Under the pieces are notes generated by a model. The model had not been told where the DNA came from, did not search any database, and saw nothing but the letters and a program-made list of their open reading frames with translations. The translations under genes and the position numbers were made by a program. Shown piece after piece: positions 37,901-52,152 of a stretch of 64,000 nt of DNA. Origin of the DNA: Takakia lepidozioides (lineage: Eukaryota > Plantae > Bryophyta); contig CM060733.1 of the NCBI GenBank assembly GCA_030704615.1, positions 6,014,001 through 6,078,000 of the forward strand. The letters are read 5' to 3'. Each line of letters starts with the position of its first letter. Position 1 is the stretch's first letter.

Positions 37901-40900
37901 CCGTTTTGCAAGTGGAACTGCGATTTAACCCCCATTCTCAAGTTCTGCATCACGCACTTTGCCAGCTCATCCTTCCGGCAAGCCTTCCGATCTTCCTTTG
38001 GAGCGCCGTCTCGCCCTTGTACACCAACAAGCTGCTGCTTTCTACTTAAAGCATCGGCCACCACATGTCCCGTCCCGGTTTGTACTGGATATCCACGTCG
38101 AACACTGCCAAGTATCTTGCCACCTAATTTGTTTTGGGGACACTTGGGCTGCGTGGCAATACTTCACCGTGACATTGTCCGTGAACACCTTCACTGGGTT
38201 GGAACCAACATAGTGGCGCCAGAGTCAAGGCAATGTTCCACCGCCTTTCATCTCTTTTTCGTGCGTCGGCCACCGTCGCTCCACTTCATTCAGTTTTCTT
38301 ACTTTCGTAAGCCACTGGACGTCCATCTTGCATAAGTACACCCCCAATTGCGAAGTCCGATGCATCTGTATGAATCTCAAACGGACGATCGAACTCCGGG
38401 ATTTTTAAGACTGGAGCTTCCGTCATCCGCTGCTTCAATGTCATCCAGGCAAAGCTTGGCCACAAATGTGTTCCATACCCAGACTTTGGATTTACACAGC
38501 AGGTCCGACAGCGGCCCCGCGCTCTTGGCGAAATTTCTCACATACTTTCCGGTAATAGGAGGCGAGTCCTAGGAAGGATCGCACTCCCGGGACCGAAGTC
38601 GAGGCTCCCAGTCCAAGATCGCCCTCACCTTTCTGTCATCCATTTTGATCCCATCCTGTGTAATCACGTGCCCAAGAACTCCACTTTTGTGACCCCGAAT
38701 CGCACTTTGAAGCTTTGGCATACAGCTTCCCTTCTCGCAATTTTTGGCACACCCTTTGCGGTGCTCCAGGTGCTCCTCCTTTGTTTTCGAGTACACCAAG
38801 ATGTCGTCGATGTACACCGATCACAAAGTCATCCAACCCTCCTGGAAAAGGCTGTTATTTCAGCGTGCTAAATGTCGCTGGTGCATTGGTGAGCCCAAAA
38901 GGCATCACCAAGAACTCATATGAACCATAACTTGTCCTGCACGCGGTCTTCTCCTCATCTCCTTTCCGCCACCCTAATTTGGTGATAGCCGGCGTAAGTC
39001 GATCCGGCTGAAATACTCGCTCCTGCCAACCGATCGAAGGTCGTCGATCCTTGGCAAAGGGTACCGGTTTTTGATAGTCACCTATTCAGAGCCCTGTAAT
39101 CGACACACATCGCAGCGTCCCATCCTTCTTGTCTGCAAATAGACCGGGGCTCCGTAAGGTGACTTACTCGGCCGGATGTACCCCTTTGACATAGATCTTT
39201 GAGCTGAGTCTTCAGCTCGACCAACTCTTTGTGGCTCAACCGTGTAGGGGGCGCCTTGGCAGGCGGTTCCGATCCCGGTATCACCCTCAATTTTGTGGTC
39301 AACTCCTCTTCGCGGTGGCAAGCCGCTTGGTAAATCCTCCGGCATCACATCCTGGTATTTCTCTCCCAAATCCCCTTGATCCAATCTGGGCTCGGCTCCC
39401 CATCGCCTTCTCCTTTCACTTCTCTAATGTAAAGCAAAAAAACTGGACTCGTGTGTCTCCTCCATGGCCCACTCCTTTGCTGATAGAAGGTTTATTCGCC
39501 CTCCCACGGATTTGGGCGTATTCCCCGACACTCGTAAAACCTCGCCACCATTCCCACATGGCAGCGTGACTACTCTCTTGCGCCATCTATGACCGCTCCG
39601 GATTTGCTCAAAAAGGTCATTCCCAAAATGATCTCCACTCCATCGATCTCGCAGATAGTGAGTCTCACGTCCCTCCCACTCCCCAGTTGAAGAGGAACAT
39701 CAACGCCAACCTTGTCGCCAACTGAGGTTCTCCTTTGGCAGACGCACCTCAATAGAGGCCCCCCCTCACTTGTCGGGAGTCCCAACTTTCGCGCCGCCGC
39801 CGGCGTCATGAAGGAGTGCGACGCTCCTGTGTCCACCCAACAACGACACTTAGTTCCGGATATTATCCCATCCACGAACACTAACTGACTCCCTTTTCGT
39901 AGGCGCCAGTTTCCCTGATACAAACTCACACAGAAAATTTGCCTACCTTGCAAGTCCTGGCGACCACCGCTTCCACCAAGCGACTGATGGTATCTTCCGA
40001 CAGCTCCGTGGTCGCCCGAGTCTGTTTCATTGCCGGGGTTTCGTGCACTTCTTGGCCATGTGCCCGGGCTCCCCGCAATTGAAACACACTCCATCAAAGG
40101 TCGCCTCTGTCCGCCATAAGTCGCTCCACCCGCTTTTCCTTTCGAAGACACCGGGTGCCGCCTTGACGTGTGAAGGACCTCCCTTCGATTTCCAGTTGCC
40201 ATTTTTCGCCGCGTGGGCTATCCCACTTCTTTTCACCGGTCGGGAGGAGTCACCTTCCCGCCGGGTCTTCTTGTGGTTCAGCTCCGTACGGCCTTGTCTC
40301 TCACCCCTAGGACATCCGAGAAACATTCACTCTCTCATTGCCTCGTTCAAAGTCTTGGGTGGCTTCTCCTCCACCACTTCCGCCTAGCCCATGGGGCCAG
40401 TCCCGCCACAAAGTTGAAGACCATTTCTGGTTCTGCCGGTCCGCGACTTCGAGCAACAGCACATTGAAAGCCTGGACATACCCCCGAATGTCATCTGTTT
40501 GCTTCAAATTCCTCATCTTGTCCGGGCAAGCCAGGATGCGTTGAGGGCACAAACTGTCTCTTCATCAATTCCTTGAACTCACTCCAGTTCAAGGTTTCCG
40601 GGCTTGGGCCTCGGTCGTGAAGGCGTTTCTGCCACCATTGTTGAGCATAGCCCTCAAATAGGTGGGAGCCACTTCCACCCGATCCTCGTCACTCAACTTG
40701 GCCGCCCGGAAGTACTGCTCTAGCTCCAGGAGCCAGGTGTTGAGTGCCTTCCGGTTTCGAACGCCCTCGAAGGTGCCGAGTTCCTTAGGCTTCACCTTAA
40801 ACTTGCCTTGGTGGGAGTGGCATTAGCCGCCTTCAACACCGTCTTTCAACGTCCCGCCAAACTGCGCCAACAACCCTTCCAAAAGGCTCCGGCATGGGAG

Positions 40901-41877
40901 GCATCTCTTGGTTTGTCGGAGCTCTCAAAGATTCCTCGGGCTCCGACTCCTCGGATTCCTCCCGCTCCTGAGCGGCCTCGTTTTCGGAAACATTAATCGC
41001 TTCCTCAAACGGCCGCCTCGTGACACGTCGCCCCCATCGGGCTCACCGGATCATCATCTTTTGGGCCGTTCCGCTTTCGCTTCGGCTTGCCCGACCCCAT
41101 GATGAGGCCAATCCCAAGGACGATCGCGTACTGAACTCTAAGCTCTGATACCAAGTGTCGCACACCTCAGTTCGGTAAACTCCCCTTCAAGTCATAGTTA
41201 CTCGCTTTGATGCGCGCGCCTGACTCCCAACCTGGCCGCCGGGCCAACTTGGAGTTTCGGCTGCTCACCGGACATAACGGTCCCCTTCCGCTTCCCTCTA
41301 AACCCTCCACCTATTTGGGACTAGGAGAATTCCCTTTGGTAGATGGCAGTCCGGAACAGCTCCCCACTCTTTGGTCGCTTTCCGGCTCGCTCGCTTACTC
41401 ACTAGTTTTTGGTCACCAACGGGCTTGCACCGTTCTCGGGGTTACTACTCCCTATATATACTTCTGTAGCTGTCCGCGGGGGTTTCATAACCAGCCATGC
41501 CATTTTATGGCGAACCACCACGAAAACCCTCGACTCCCGGTGGTGAGTCGCGGTGAGTCTTGGCCCACTCACCGCGGCCCCAATGGACCGTGATGAGTCC
41601 CAAGACTCCCCACGACTCCCACCTCGAGGTCTCCACCCCATGGTGAGTCCTATGCCACCCCCACTAAGTCCCACTAAGCTACCACCACCCCTTGTGGAGC
41701 CACCTCCACCGCAACCGGTGTGCGGGGCTCCACCTAGTGAGCGCCTCCGCCTCCTTGGGTGCCTTGGGCACTCAAGGGTGCTTCAGCCCCCCATACCTAT
41801 CGCTGCCGCTGCCCCCACCACAGGGGCAGCCCCTCATGTGTCCCGACCCCCTGCTCTCAAGGCAAAGGGCCGCGACA
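34962..41877 (-). mobile_element. Full-length Ty3/gypsy chromovirus
   Basis: LTRs 34962-35647 and 41156-41877 (TG...CA) with TSD AGGGC. PBS-iMet at 41142-41153. Gag Zn knuckle CFNCGEPGHMAKKC, protease VDTGASHSF, RT YIDDILVYS, RNase H ADALSR, integrase VSMDFM...VVVDRFSKMAHF, chromodomain EYLVKWKGY...SW (~36590-36690). Many 1-bp indels. Confidence 0.96.
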
Positions 41878-42021
41878 AGGGCCCCCTTAGAAAATAAAAA
41901 ATTGGAACCTCAACCATCATCTAATTAGAAATTCTCTTACTATGCAACAACAACAAACCATTCTACATATTGGGGCAGTATGTGGAATGGTATGTTATAT
42001 CCCAACACTCATCATCTCCCA

Positions 42022-43027
42022 TCAATCTATGAAGCAAGATCGTTTGTTTTGTTTTGTTTTGTGACATTGAGATGTCCCAAACCGCGGGCCCAGCCTTGGC
42101 GCTTGGTACCATTAGAAAGCCCTCGACAAGGAGGGGTGCACGGGCTTGGTCTTATAGTTTTTGGACATGCGGTGTGGGAGATATGGAATTCCAAGTACTT
42201 TTGGTCGCTAGAAATTCACGAAAAATTGCGAAATGGGCATTCCTGAACAATGGTTGGAGCCTCGACAGATATAAAGGGAAAGGTCTCCAGTTCAAATCTG
42301 GTCGTAGGCTCTGTGGAAAAAAAATGCATTTGGACTTAGATGACATTGGACACTTGGGCCAACTTGGATATATTACTACTCAATAAATTCATGGAAAAAA
42401 AATAATCGGGCCTTGACATGGGAGACATACTTGGATACATAGGAGATTGCACACTAGGCTTAGATGGGCCTCGACATTGGAGACGCACATGGGAGATGCC
42501 CTTGGATACATAGGAGATTGCACTTGGGCTTGGATGACAGTGGACACTTGGGCCTCTACATGGAATATGTACTTGGATACATAGAAGATTGCACTTGGGC
42601 TTAGATGGGCCTCGACATAGGAGATGCGCACTGGGATACATAGGAAATTACACTTGGTCTTAGATTTCACGGGCCAACGACACAGACTAGACCCTAGAGG
42701 TCGCACTTGGGCCTCGACATAGGAGACGCTTGGATACATAGGAGATTGCAGATGATAGTGGACACTTGGGCCTCTAGATGGAAGATGCACTTGGATACAT
42801 AGAAGATTGCACTTGGGCTTAGATAGGCCTCGACATAGGAGACCACTAGGATACATAGGAAGTTACACTTGGTCTTAGATTTCAATTCTTCAGACATGGG
42901 CCAATGACACAGACTACCCTAAAGGTCGCACTTGGGCCTCGACATAGGAGACGATTGGATACATAGGAGATTGCACTTGGGCTTAGATGACACTTGACAC
43001 TTGGGCCAACGGCACAAGCTACCCTAG
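42022..43027 (+). mobile_element. Non-autonomous Helitron with internal tandem repeats
   Basis: A|TC start. Hairpin CTTGGGCC-AAC-GGCACAAG (43000-43018), then CTAG|T. No TSD. Confidence 0.85.
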
Positions 43028-44474
43028 TTCAAAGCTGAAAAAAAAGCCAAATGGAGGGCAACATACAAAAGGGAAAATAAAAAATTGCAATCACACATGC
43101 CCATGCAAACATGCAGACTAATTAGTGTACTCTTGATGAATTAGTGAATTAGTAGTATTATGAATGAGTGGTAACGCCATAATGCTACCCCTCCCATCTC
43201 GGAACACTCCCCCTAAGTACTGTTCCCAATCGCAATATTGCTCCAGCAGCTACTCTGACTGGTATGGTTTCAGTTTGAGTACGTTTGGAACCCTAAACCC
43301 TAAGTTCTACACACACCCAAGGTATAGGCCGCATGACACACTAGCCGGGTTGGTTCTGACATACCCTTGCGTATACTCTGGCCGACTAGCACAGACCTGT
43401 ACAACATTGGAAACAATGCAAGAGATATGAAGGTCAGTGTAAAAAGTATTTGATAAGAGTGCCATGAGCTACCTACGTAGCCCCTAGTTTGGGAGGCTCT
43501 ATATGGTTGGTATCATGTAGCAAGGCGTCTTGGATGAAAGATGTTGTGTAAAGGATAGTGTACCAAAAGTAACACCTAACACTCAAATACCCTCATATGG
43601 TGCTAGAAAGTAGGTAGGGGGCACAAATAGACAACCAATTTGGGCTTTATTTTTGGGCTTGAAGACCTTTTCGAGCCTGGATTTAGGAATGTTGTTCCGC
43701 ATCGGTCATACAACCCACTCACCCAAAAGTTGATCAAAGAGTATTTATTGTACATGTGCTGTGGTTGAGGTAGGTAGGCCTTAGTGTATGATCTCTCTTT
43801 GCCAATTCCACTCTGTAAGACCAGGAGTCCATGCATACATTTTCAAGATATTGACCAAAAGGTATCGAGAACACCGCCAATATGGTTTTTAACAGCCAGA
43901 TCTTCTGCTGTGATCTGGACTTGAGACACTCTGATATTTGCATGGCATATGTTTATGGTCTTCAGTGACAGTCCAGTTTACCGTAGACATCTAGAGAAAT
44001 AAATTTACCGATACCGACGGCCCTCTTAATGACAGCTAGCTCAGATTACCAAATTGACTAGCAAACTTTAGCTTGTAGAGCATCAACTGACAACACTAGT
44101 TCAAATGGTTAGATACTCTGATTGAATTGGATGCACCTAAAACCCTCTTGAGAGGTGTCTCTTTTGACGGTCACTTTAGTGAAGATACATGAAAATGGAT
44201 GACAACTTCAACTGTACCAGAAACTCCAATGAACAGGCAAAAAACTCCTCATACTCTGCCAATTGACAGATGTAAACAGGGTCCTTCTTCTGATAGAGGC
44301 AGCCAGAGTCTTAAACTCAGATTGCCATGAGCATGGCACATTAACTAGGTCATTTCTTAACTGTTTAGTTGTGTATCTCTGTGGTCACTGATATAAGATC
44401 AAAGATAGTAACATAGCGCAAAACAGGCTCATACCCTGGAAAGCCCTGACAAGATTGACCACCTCTGCTTCAAC

Positions 44475-47400
44475 TCACAGTTCATCATGGTCCTGAAGAA
44501 AGCCATTCCAAACAGCAGATTCACAGGATCAGATCAAGGTTGTGGCACCCCACTCTGGATATTGTCCCACATGGGTCAATCAAGTAGACTATATTTGCAA
44601 GGATCTTTGATGATTTTGGGGTAGACAGAACACAAGCTTTTCAAAACCACAAAATCAGGTCTACTTTTCAGAAATACACATGTCGCCATCTTCCAAAGGT
44701 GGCCAGCTGTAAGCTAATACATAAGTTCTGATACCAAAGGTTGCATGAGAGAACTGGCTTACATTATAATCATCCTCGTCGTCGTCGTCGTCGTCGTCAT
44801 CTGTGTCATTGTCATTGTCATCCTCATCCGCAACGTCACGCTGCCAGTGTAATGAAGAAAGTTAGCCAACCAAACAGAAAGCAACTTCTGCATATGACAA
44901 CATATATTCTGGATGGTAAATGATACCACTGGACAGATTTTCATGGTGCAAATCTTAAGACTAGTGGAACCATGCCCAGTCTTCCACATGATTGATTTTC
45001 CGATTCAGTAGACTACCTGCAAAAACTGATCTATGACCAATAACTGCCAATTTCCATGTCCATAGATGTCAAGAACTTGCCAACATTGTTTACATTGTCA
45101 ACCACAGAACAGAATTTGATTTGTGGCCCCCCAGCAGAGACAGCAGAAATACTGCCTCCTGAGAAGACTCCCTGCAGAGGTGACTCCAACTTCCATTGCA
45201 TGTACTAGTGGCAAAGGTAGTCAAACAGCTTTTCTGAGACCCATTCAGGCTGCTGGTGCATTAAGATCCATTGCCTAGCTATGAATTGAATACACATCAC
45301 TCTTTAGTCCAATCTCTTCTTTTCATCCACCAAACATAGTTGATTTGAAACCCTGCTCAGCTTGGGCATACCCAAATGAGCTTCAGCTTAACTTCAGCTG
45401 GATAAGAAGAGACGATCTAGTACAGCACACCACTAACACCGACCAATTGAGTTTTAATTAGTAGGGGTCTTTGATATGGATGCGCAATCCAAAGATCCCC
45501 AAGTGAACTTGGGTATGACATTGTCAATTCCCCTACCCACCTATTCTACAAAGAAATGAGGGACCCTATGGAAGGGTATCTTCTGAAAGTGGGGGATTGT
45601 CATGTTGACACATACCCGAGGACGGTACCGTCTTCTGCGTTCACGTTCCCGAAGACGGTCACGTTCCCGAAGTCGGTGTTCGGCGGACCGGTGTCTGGGA
45701 TCTCGCCTATGCTCTCTTGGCCGTCGCCTATCCCGTGCAGCGCTATTTGCCTTAGCAGCTTGCTGTGGAATCCCACAATATTGTAGAATCCCATGAACTT
45801 CAAAACACACTAAGTTTATCATCTCCATCAAAGTAACAAATAACAAGGGAATAATACCCTTCTGTGAAGACACCCTGATGACCCCTATTACCCTGTCTGA
45901 CAGAGACTATGCTCGCCACTTCCGTGTATGCTCAGGTTTGGAGCATAGACATCAGAACAATAATGCGTACTGGCTACATGTCTGTCTAAGACATTCCAGG
46001 CTGCTCTCAACTCTTTCAAGCAGAGGTGATTGGAAGGCTAAGTAACATTGAAGAGAAGCACATATTGTAGGTCAATAACTATCTCACCTTAGAAGGATTG
46101 ATGAGAAAATCAAGCCTCCATTATGTTGGTGTTTCCAAGGTTTAGACTCAGACAAAACAAGACAAATATTTGTCGAGTTCTGCGTTTAGCAAATGCCAAG
46201 CAGTATGCACTCGCCTGGAAATAATGAGAGAGTAAAATATAATCTCACAGTGGATATACTTACCAAACGTCAGCAGAGGTGCATATATGTTTTGAACAAC
46301 TGCAAATCTATCCCCACATCAATTCCATTATCTAGCTCTCAAAGAGTTCCTTGCAGATAATGAACATGAGTCACCAAAAGCAGCACATGCCATGAACTGC
46401 CATGGGATGAACTGCACTAAGGTGCAAACCAAGAATTAAAACATAGGGTCATATAGTAACCTTTGATGGGGCCATGCCAACTGCAAACATTACATGCAAG
46501 CGTTTTTCTCACCTTACAGTGCCATTTCCTCATGGTCATACAAAAGTGTCTGCCAACTTAGGCCGACCATTGTTCAAGGAAGATATGTAGAGTCAAGAAA
46601 ATTCTCTAAGACAAATGAGGTACATACCTGCTCTTCATCTTGTTTCTTCTTCTCAGACTCTTCAAACATTTCTTTTTCAGCCTAATCATCACAGTATCAT
46701 AAATCAGTGAAGCATTCCTATATTTGCAGGAAACTGCTTTGATTAGCAAATCTCTTGACAAGGCAACAGTATCCCAGATATAGACATTTTTTAGGGGGTT
46801 TTGGGGGATGCAACACTTCGATGGTAGACCCGCAACCCCAAGTCTATTCTCTCTTCGTAACTCCAGAACGACCAATACACTGATTTTTGACAAAGGTAGT
46901 CAAACTTGCGTTTATATATACCTCCATACACTGGCCCTCATTAGAAGGTCAGTTTGCTAAAAGTCTCCAAGAAACATCAGATTCCAAAGTAAAGGCTTTC
47001 TTCACTTGTGTGTGGCCACGCATAAAACGAAGTCCTCAACACTGGAATTGTGTAGCAGGTACACTGGTGTATCTCATCCACAACATACCATACAAAATGT
47101 ATGAGCCATCAACTATGATTAAACTTTACATCCAACAGACCAAGCTCCCCACCTATTATGAGGGAGATCATGGTTTGCATCCTTGTGAAGACTCTAAACT
47201 CAATTTACCTGAGGGATCAGTCAGACAGACTCCCCAATACAGTCCTTGGAAAAATTTCAATGTTGATGTACTTGATGCTACCAAGAATCCATAAAGACTG
47301 AAAAGACTGCTATACTAGAGTAATCACTCACCTCATTGTTTTTACCCCAAGTCTCTTCAGCAACTGCCTTTGCGTACTCAGGGTCATCAGTGATTAGGAT

Positions 47401-50400
47401 GTTGTCAAAGATCGATCCTGCCTTCACCTGAATGAGAGGGAACAAACAAACTTGTGAGTCTTGGAGTGGAACACCCACACGGGATTAGGACCAGTAGCAT
47501 GTAGACATTCAAGGAAGACCAGAATATACTTGCTCTTCCTAAGCTTTCCTCTCTGTCAATTTATAACTGGCACAAATGAGATTTCTAGAGGTATGACAGC
47601 TGGAGTCCAAAAGAAATACAGGTGATTAGCCATTTAAAGGACCTGAAGCAAAAATTAATTACATCAACTCCACAAACCTAAGCCTTTTAACCTAAGCCTT
47701 TTCCAAGTTCTGAAGACACATACCTGCCAGAGCTCAATCCCAAAATACTTTAGGGGAGGAAAGACATAGAGATCTGGGTCATCGACAAAATCTGTTGAGG
47801 TGCACCACACATAATACGATAAGAGGATATAACTGATAGAGGCATTACCATAGAAAAGAAGAAGGCCATAGCTTGCAAGGGACAGCTTGGAAACACTTCC
47901 TAATACCTGGGTTGTCTATGGTGGGAGTCTTCCACTTCCCCTTGTAGTTAGGGTTCTTGATTTTCTGCAGAAACAACCCTCCTCCTTGATTAGAACTCTA
48001 TGGGGTACAAACAGTGGCAACCAAATGACAAGAAGGTTCATCTAAGACTTGGTAGAGTCCATTAACTAATAGAATCTGAGCGCAGCAAACTATGCACTGC
48101 TTTAATCGTAAAAGTCCGAGGATCTTCTTCCTCTCCTCATGGAGTTTTTGTCAACCTCAGCCCTGGCGTTTGGGTCCTCCAAAAGCAAATAAAAACTTCC
48201 AAACAGGCAAACATCCCACGAGGAGCCTGAGCTGGTCAATCCTGAACAAGTCGACCTTATCACCAAACCAACATGCATCAATGCAGGATTGAGTATGTCA
48301 CAATAAATTCTGCTCACCTTAGCTTTCCAAGGTCCTTTATAGTCAGGGTTCGGAACTGTGGGGGGCGACCAGTCACCATCATCCTCTTCATCCCAATCAG
48401 CAGGCTGCAGGAACCAACAGCCAACAACTTATGTGGTATTAGACCACCAACATCGTGCAGTACACTCCAGATAGAGAACATAAACACTGCCTCTGATGCA
48501 CTCATTCTTATAAGAAAAACAGCATCCTACCTGACCGAGTCAAAGGAGAACCAGAAACCCTGAATACCATAGCCTGCATATATACGAAGGTGATGTCAGG
48601 CATAAACGCCAACTGACAAATATCTTAACATATCTTAAAACTTGTGAAGGAATACTTGGAATGCTGTACACCAAGAAGGGAATCATGTAGTAAACACTGA
48701 CCTTCTTGGCATTAGAGTCTGGAATTTCTCTGGGAATTGAGTCATAGCCCTGCACAGGAATGGTGGACAAATTTCACGTTCATTACTGCACAGAATCCCT
48801 GTTGTCAGCTTCAACTAGAGACCGACATAATGGCATGCCTCCACACCCATGGGTCCCACGTATTGGAATACCTTCTGATTGGCAGCAATGATTGGTCAAC
48901 CTTACTGCTCACGGAACAGGAAATCAAAAGCATAGAATAGAGTGTGAGAAAAATGTGAAAGTGGGGTCAACGCACCTCTGGTTTCTTGGACTCTGGATCA
49001 GTGATGTGTTCCTTGTCATCCCAGTCATCAGGCTGGAGAGGCAAGTAGTACACATATGAGAACCACACTTGTCACTATCTTTAACTGCAGATTGCAATGA
49101 ACAGGGGATAACACTAGTGTGACCAAAAAGAGAATGACTACGTTGAGCCTTTATGAGACAAAAAGACACTGCACAGACCCGTACCTTTACTGTGTCAGTG
49201 TCTTTAATCTTCCTAGGTGGCAAAATTTCCCAGTCATTATAAATGCTGCCTGATTCTCTCTCCCTGTTGTCCACCAAAATGCTGTAGCTTGCATCTGGTC
49301 TAATGATGAATGTGTAGACGTGGGTAAGCTGGTCAGTTTCACATGCGACTGATTTCTTGATGGGATAGTTTTGGCCTTTGTATTGAATGATGGCATGTAT
49401 CTTCTTTGTGTTTGTTCCACAAATGTCAGGCCCAAACATGATGCTGCAACCACCCAATATACACAATGATTAGCATGGAGTAATAAACTGTGTTAGAAAA
49501 CCAACTGATGTCATCTATATTCTCCAAGTTCTCTTCCTAACACCACCTCAAAGTCAAGTTGCCCAATGAAAAAAGAACAAGCAGTCCCGGAAATTGGGGA
49601 TGAGAAAGAAAAGCATCACCAAGATGGAGATTGGGTCAGTCACAGGTGAGTAGGGGCCGATTGCTATTTACCTGTACGGCGTATCACCACTGAACTTTTT
49701 CTGGTTCACATAACCGCTCATGAGTTTCACATATCCACCACCGCACTCAATCTTCTGCTCATGCTTCAGTGAGTACTGCAGGACAAGTGTTCTTCCTTTG
49801 TTACTGAACTCAGGGATCTGAGTCGAGATGGCAAAGAATTTTGAATCTGGACTTGTTTGAATCCCTGTAGAGTGAACACAGACACCACATAAAAATTCAG
49901 ATATACGTACAGCCTCCACAAAAAATGATCACATGATTTTATATTCGATTTTCACTTTCTATGCAGTTTTCTAGCACAAAATCACATTTGCTTAGGGAAA
50001 AGTGTAGCCTGAGTAAATCCACTGCAGAAAGTGATCGTCAGGAGGTCACAGCTCACCTTTGTCATCAGGATCTCCATGCCATTTGCCCGCAGTGTGCACC
50101 CAGTCTCCATTTAAACCCTCGCCCTTCTTCCAGTCCGACTTCACCCAGCGACTCTCCCAGCCATCTTAAATTACAGCAATGAGACATAAAGATGAGTTAC
50201 TGTATGCACTTGGAAACAGCCAAATCACGGAAACTTGTGGCCACAAACTCTTCAAAAGCCTACAATAAAAAGGGTCCCAGCAAATATAGATGTATGAGGA
50301 GCTCCTCACGACAATCTAAGAAGATCGATCTTCTCACCGTCATTTTTTCCCAGCTACAGGCTACAAGGCGTTCTCAAAATGTAGATTTCAGATAGAGAAG

Positions 50401-50685
50401 TGAGGAAACCCTCCACCAATAGTGAACAGCTTCATCCGCCTACGCCGTCCACAAGTCCCTTCCAGTAGCTCTATTCCCACCTTTGTAGCTGACAACACAG
50501 ACTACCAGAAAACAAAAATCCATCCCGCAAGAGAAGCACTAATGTACTCAGACGCAGAGCACCCAAAGTAAACAAAGACACGCATCTCGCCTCTCACCTT
50601 CAAACCGCTCTTCCAAAATCACCTCTGCAGAACACACAGCAATGCAGCTGATGAGAAGAATCGCAGAAATCCAGGCGTTCCGCAT
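44475..50685 (-). CDS. CRT3: Calreticulin, CRT3-type, 14 exons
   Basis: Exons 50598-50685, 50057-50164, 49672-49864, 49185-49443, 48976-49032, 48702-48749, 48318-48404, 47907-47964, 47724-47791, 47332-47427, 46628-46681, 45616-45762, 44763-44840, 44475-44492. Signal peptide, [44 protein letters not shown]-like motif, P-domain repeats, Arg-rich tail, DHDEL*. Confidence 0.95.
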
Positions 50686-52152
50686 TGCATCCACAGCCTC
50701 TCACAGCCTCCGAGAGGCCCCCCTTAGCTGCTGCAAGCTCTGCGCCCCCCTTGCCCGACAATCGCTATGGATTCTTGAAAACACTCTTCCTCTCGCCCCC
50801 CACATGTGTCTCGGCTCTGTCCCCGCCTAGACTAAATGACCCATCTCATGCGTCCATCTCTTCACAACAGACGGCTTCCAGCTACATGACATTTAAGAAG
50901 ATCTCACGGTCTGAAAGAACGTGATCCAGCAAAAGCATGGCTCTTCTAGGAAAGCTCTTCTAGGGCCGATGTTGGCAAGGCCTGTTGCTTGTGACCATTC
51001 ACAAGAGAGCCGTGACGTGTAGTTTGTTTCTTGATTGGTCCAAATAGGCAGAGCCAGACACTGCAACCGAGTACCCAAGCACCTAAGTATAGATAGGGAG
51101 ATTATCAACATCTCCCCAGGTGTGTCTTACCATTTTTTCTTTGACTTTCAAAGATTCTTTACATTCATTCTCGAAGCTCTCTTTGCTCTGCATTTGGAGA
51201 GAGGAGGGAGACTGTGCAACTCTCAACTTTGCGGATGGGCTTTGTCATTACAGCTTTGTTAGGAACCCCCATTCAAGCAAGGTTGCTCGGACACTTTCAT
51301 AACTAGGCATCCCTGCACCAGGTATGTTGTTTCTGCTTGCAGTCTGTGTGGTGAAGTGCATGTCCTTGCATTGATCAAATAGTTGGTCATAATCTGGAAC
51401 AAAACATATCATGTCTCAAGCCCATATGCAAGACATCAAGAGAGCAGTCATGAACCTTCCTGCATGCAAGATTTTATTCAATTCTAAGTACTTATTTGTT
51501 GAGGTTTCTGTCAACAAGGATTGTCTGTATAGGACCACTAGTAACTAGGACTGCTCATCTGCTTGATTCTACAAACAAATGGCACCTGAATTGAAGTGTG
51601 TATGCTCTTTAATGCATTATGTGTCTTGCTCAAGTGCATGCCATGATACAAAACTCATGTGTCACGTTACTTCAAAAATTGGATGGTATACATCCCCAGT
51701 CCCCTTCCACTAAGTAACAATCAGAAGGAGGCTTAGTCTCCATTATGAGGAATGGGGATGCTTTGCATATAGAATGTCCTTCTGTAATTCCAGTCACAGC
51801 CTACAAAAAAAGATGTGGTTCGGGAATGTGCATGTCCTTCATCCTCGTACCAAGCCTTCTGGAAACACACAAACACCAAACATCGTCGCCAGAAAACCTT
51901 CAGAAGTATGTCTGGGGAAGATCCATCCAGCACTAGGATTCGTTACAATGCCCAGTGGGTATGGAAAGATGACAGGAAGTCAGGAAAAAACATTCATGGA
52001 ATACCAATAAGAGCAACTAATAATAATCCTCACCTGTGCTGACCCAGGCCCCTGAAGTTACTGCAGTGCAGCAAGCACAACCTGTAACCACAGGTTTCGC
52101 TACACCTTGTTGCTTACACCCCTCACGTAGAAGCACCCTGGATAGCGCATGC

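Noticed and set aside
42400-43027. CRISPR-like array
   Set aside because: Units are degenerate with no unique spacers, the context is eukaryotic, and they are explained as Helitron internal repeats.
43291-43302. CCCTAAACCCTAA telomere-like motif
   Set aside because: Under two units, so compatible with chance or a telo-box.
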